Assembly: GCA_964187785.1 (NCBI GenBank) | Contig: OZ076409.1 | Coordinates: 22,880,001-22,944,000, forward strand | DNA: 64,000 nucleotides | Source: Amphiscolops sp. MND2022 | Taxonomy: Eukaryota | Direction: 5' to 3' | Shown here: positions 62,614-64,000 of the stretch, piece by piece | Numbering within the stretch: the first letter of the stretch is position 1 | How the letters are laid out: every line of letters begins with the position of its first letter | Program-made: the position numbers and the translations under genes | Notes under the pieces: generated by a model | The model's database searches: none | The model's input: only the letters and a program-made list of their open reading frames with translations | What the model was told of the DNA's origin: nothing

Positions 62614-64000
62614 TTAAGATTTAGAAGTTCCAGGAGCGTTTGCATCACTGGACTTTGCGGCTTCAGTCTCACCAGCTGCCCGAAAGCCAACTTTCTTGCC
62701 TTTACCAGGGGACAGCTTACGTTGTTTCCCCCCTTCTTTGGACGAGGAATTGGAAGCGGACTCGATGTCAGGACGGACACTCTTGCCCAGAGCCTTGTAG
62801 ACTGCAATTAAAGTTTTATGCAAATTAGCCTTGCCGAAACTGTCTACGTGTGACCAAGGGTCTCCTGGGACGTTGCCAATACTGAATCGGAACTCCAGAT
62901 CTTTGAAGGTGCCCAGGGAAGCTTCTGTAGTGCACACAGCCACTGAATTAGCCACATTAGCTAGGTAAGACTGTGCAGGCATGATGACATCGAAAAGTCT
63001 ACTTCGGGGATCATTACAGTCAACTCCAGAGAATTTGATGGCTGGAAGCTCTGGCAACTTAGAAGTCAGGCACAGACAACTCAACTGGAAGATGTAGAAC
63101 AGATGTTTCCGCAACTTCAATTCAGGCATACCAATCAGAAAGGCTACCATGTCGGTGAAGACCTCTGGGGTATCCTTGACTCCAGAGTTGGCTTGGCGGA
63201 AGAACTCCACGAAATCGATGTACTCGTCTCGGGCATCAGTCTCTGGGGAATTCTCTAACCAGCCTCGCAAACTAAAGGATCTGTACAGAGCGGAGAAACA
63301 GTATGTGGCTTGCTCAAGCGGCAGACTCAGGAGGGCTACTGGATCGAAACTGCCCAGACCTCTTACGATACCGGCATTCAAGCTAATGTCGGCCAGGAAG
63401 ACTTTCAAAAGGTGGACGAGGTAACCTCGGGCCTTGGTGGCGAAATCGTCCCGAAGGGCCTCAGCTGCTGTCTCCGTCTCTTCAGGCGTCAGTTGCTTCT
63501 CGCTATAAATTCTCCTGACGCGAGCATGGCATGCGGCATCCAAATTTTCTTTGAGCTTCAAGCGACTCAAGAAATCTCGATTAGACAGTTGTCGCCAATT
63601 CTGTCCTTGCAAATCTCCCAGCGACTTCCAGTCCAGAATATCAGGCACGTGTCTGGGAAGTAGTGCTCGACCTGCCAACTTGCGAATGAAAGTATGGAAC
63701 TCTCGGAAGGTGTAGAAGCCACTATCCCTTCGTTGCGCAAACTGACTCTCGAAGCTCTTGGTGTCTGGAAAACAAAACATTACCATCCTGAAGGGTCTTT
63801 ATGAAACCATTAGACCTAGCATGTCAATCTACTATATCTAGCATGAGCCTCAAATAGTGGTAAGACAAACTGGGACCATGAGGTCCGTAGACAAGAGAAA
63901 AACAATATACTAACAATCGCGGACAATTCGTGCGAAGAACTCCAGCTTGATGGTGAAGAAATCATCAGCTATGATTTCCCACTCGAGGCTTTGGGGCTTG
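62614..64000 (-). CDS. Last two exons of the antisense gene of element B (64000 or beyond to 63915, and 63764-62614)
   Basis: RGLGSFD and FQLSCLCL match RGLSAFD and FKHSCLCL of A. Intron 63914-63765 is GTTAGT...TTTTCCAG, phase 1, at the same position as intron 5 of A. Confidence 0.85.

Larger units (their letters stand above)
54750..64000 (+). mobile_element. Element B: divergent relative of element A, truncated by window end
   Basis: Homologous gag, pol and antisense gene in the same order; same PBS. The 5' boundary is inferred from the end of the host-element sequence and a TGTC start. Confidence 0.92.

Overview
AT-rich eukaryotic (probably animal) DNA made almost entirely of nested transposable elements; I found no convincing host gene. 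The main object is a young, structurally complete 16,037-bp Ty3/Gypsy LTR retrotransposon (element A, 28937-44973; 1521-bp LTRs, GCTGT target-site duplication) with an unusually complex layout. (1) gag starts about 560 nt inside the LTR and reads through the LTR end and the primer-binding site. (2) pol follows by a -1 frameshift at U_UUA_AAC. (3) Downstream of pol is a six-exon, intron-containing antisense gene (about 1081 aa, one premature TGA in this copy) with a Zn finger and motifs resembling a hAT transposase that has lost its catalytic residues. (4) A 351-aa sense ORF runs into the 3' LTR where a polypurine tract would be expected. A divergent relative (element B, from about 54750 to beyond the window end) repeats this design, including the last intron of the antisense gene at the same position and phase. 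A solo LTR (8160-10096) and two relics point to further related families. Also present: a small decayed Gypsy element (23715-27207), a decayed Gypsy with 2344-bp tandem amplification (about 47970-54749), seven copies of a Helentron/DINE-like non-autonomous repeat, three CCC...GGG MITEs with 2-bp TSDs that each carry a different palindromic subterminal motif, and small hairpins and satellites. All alignments and homology calls were made by eye.
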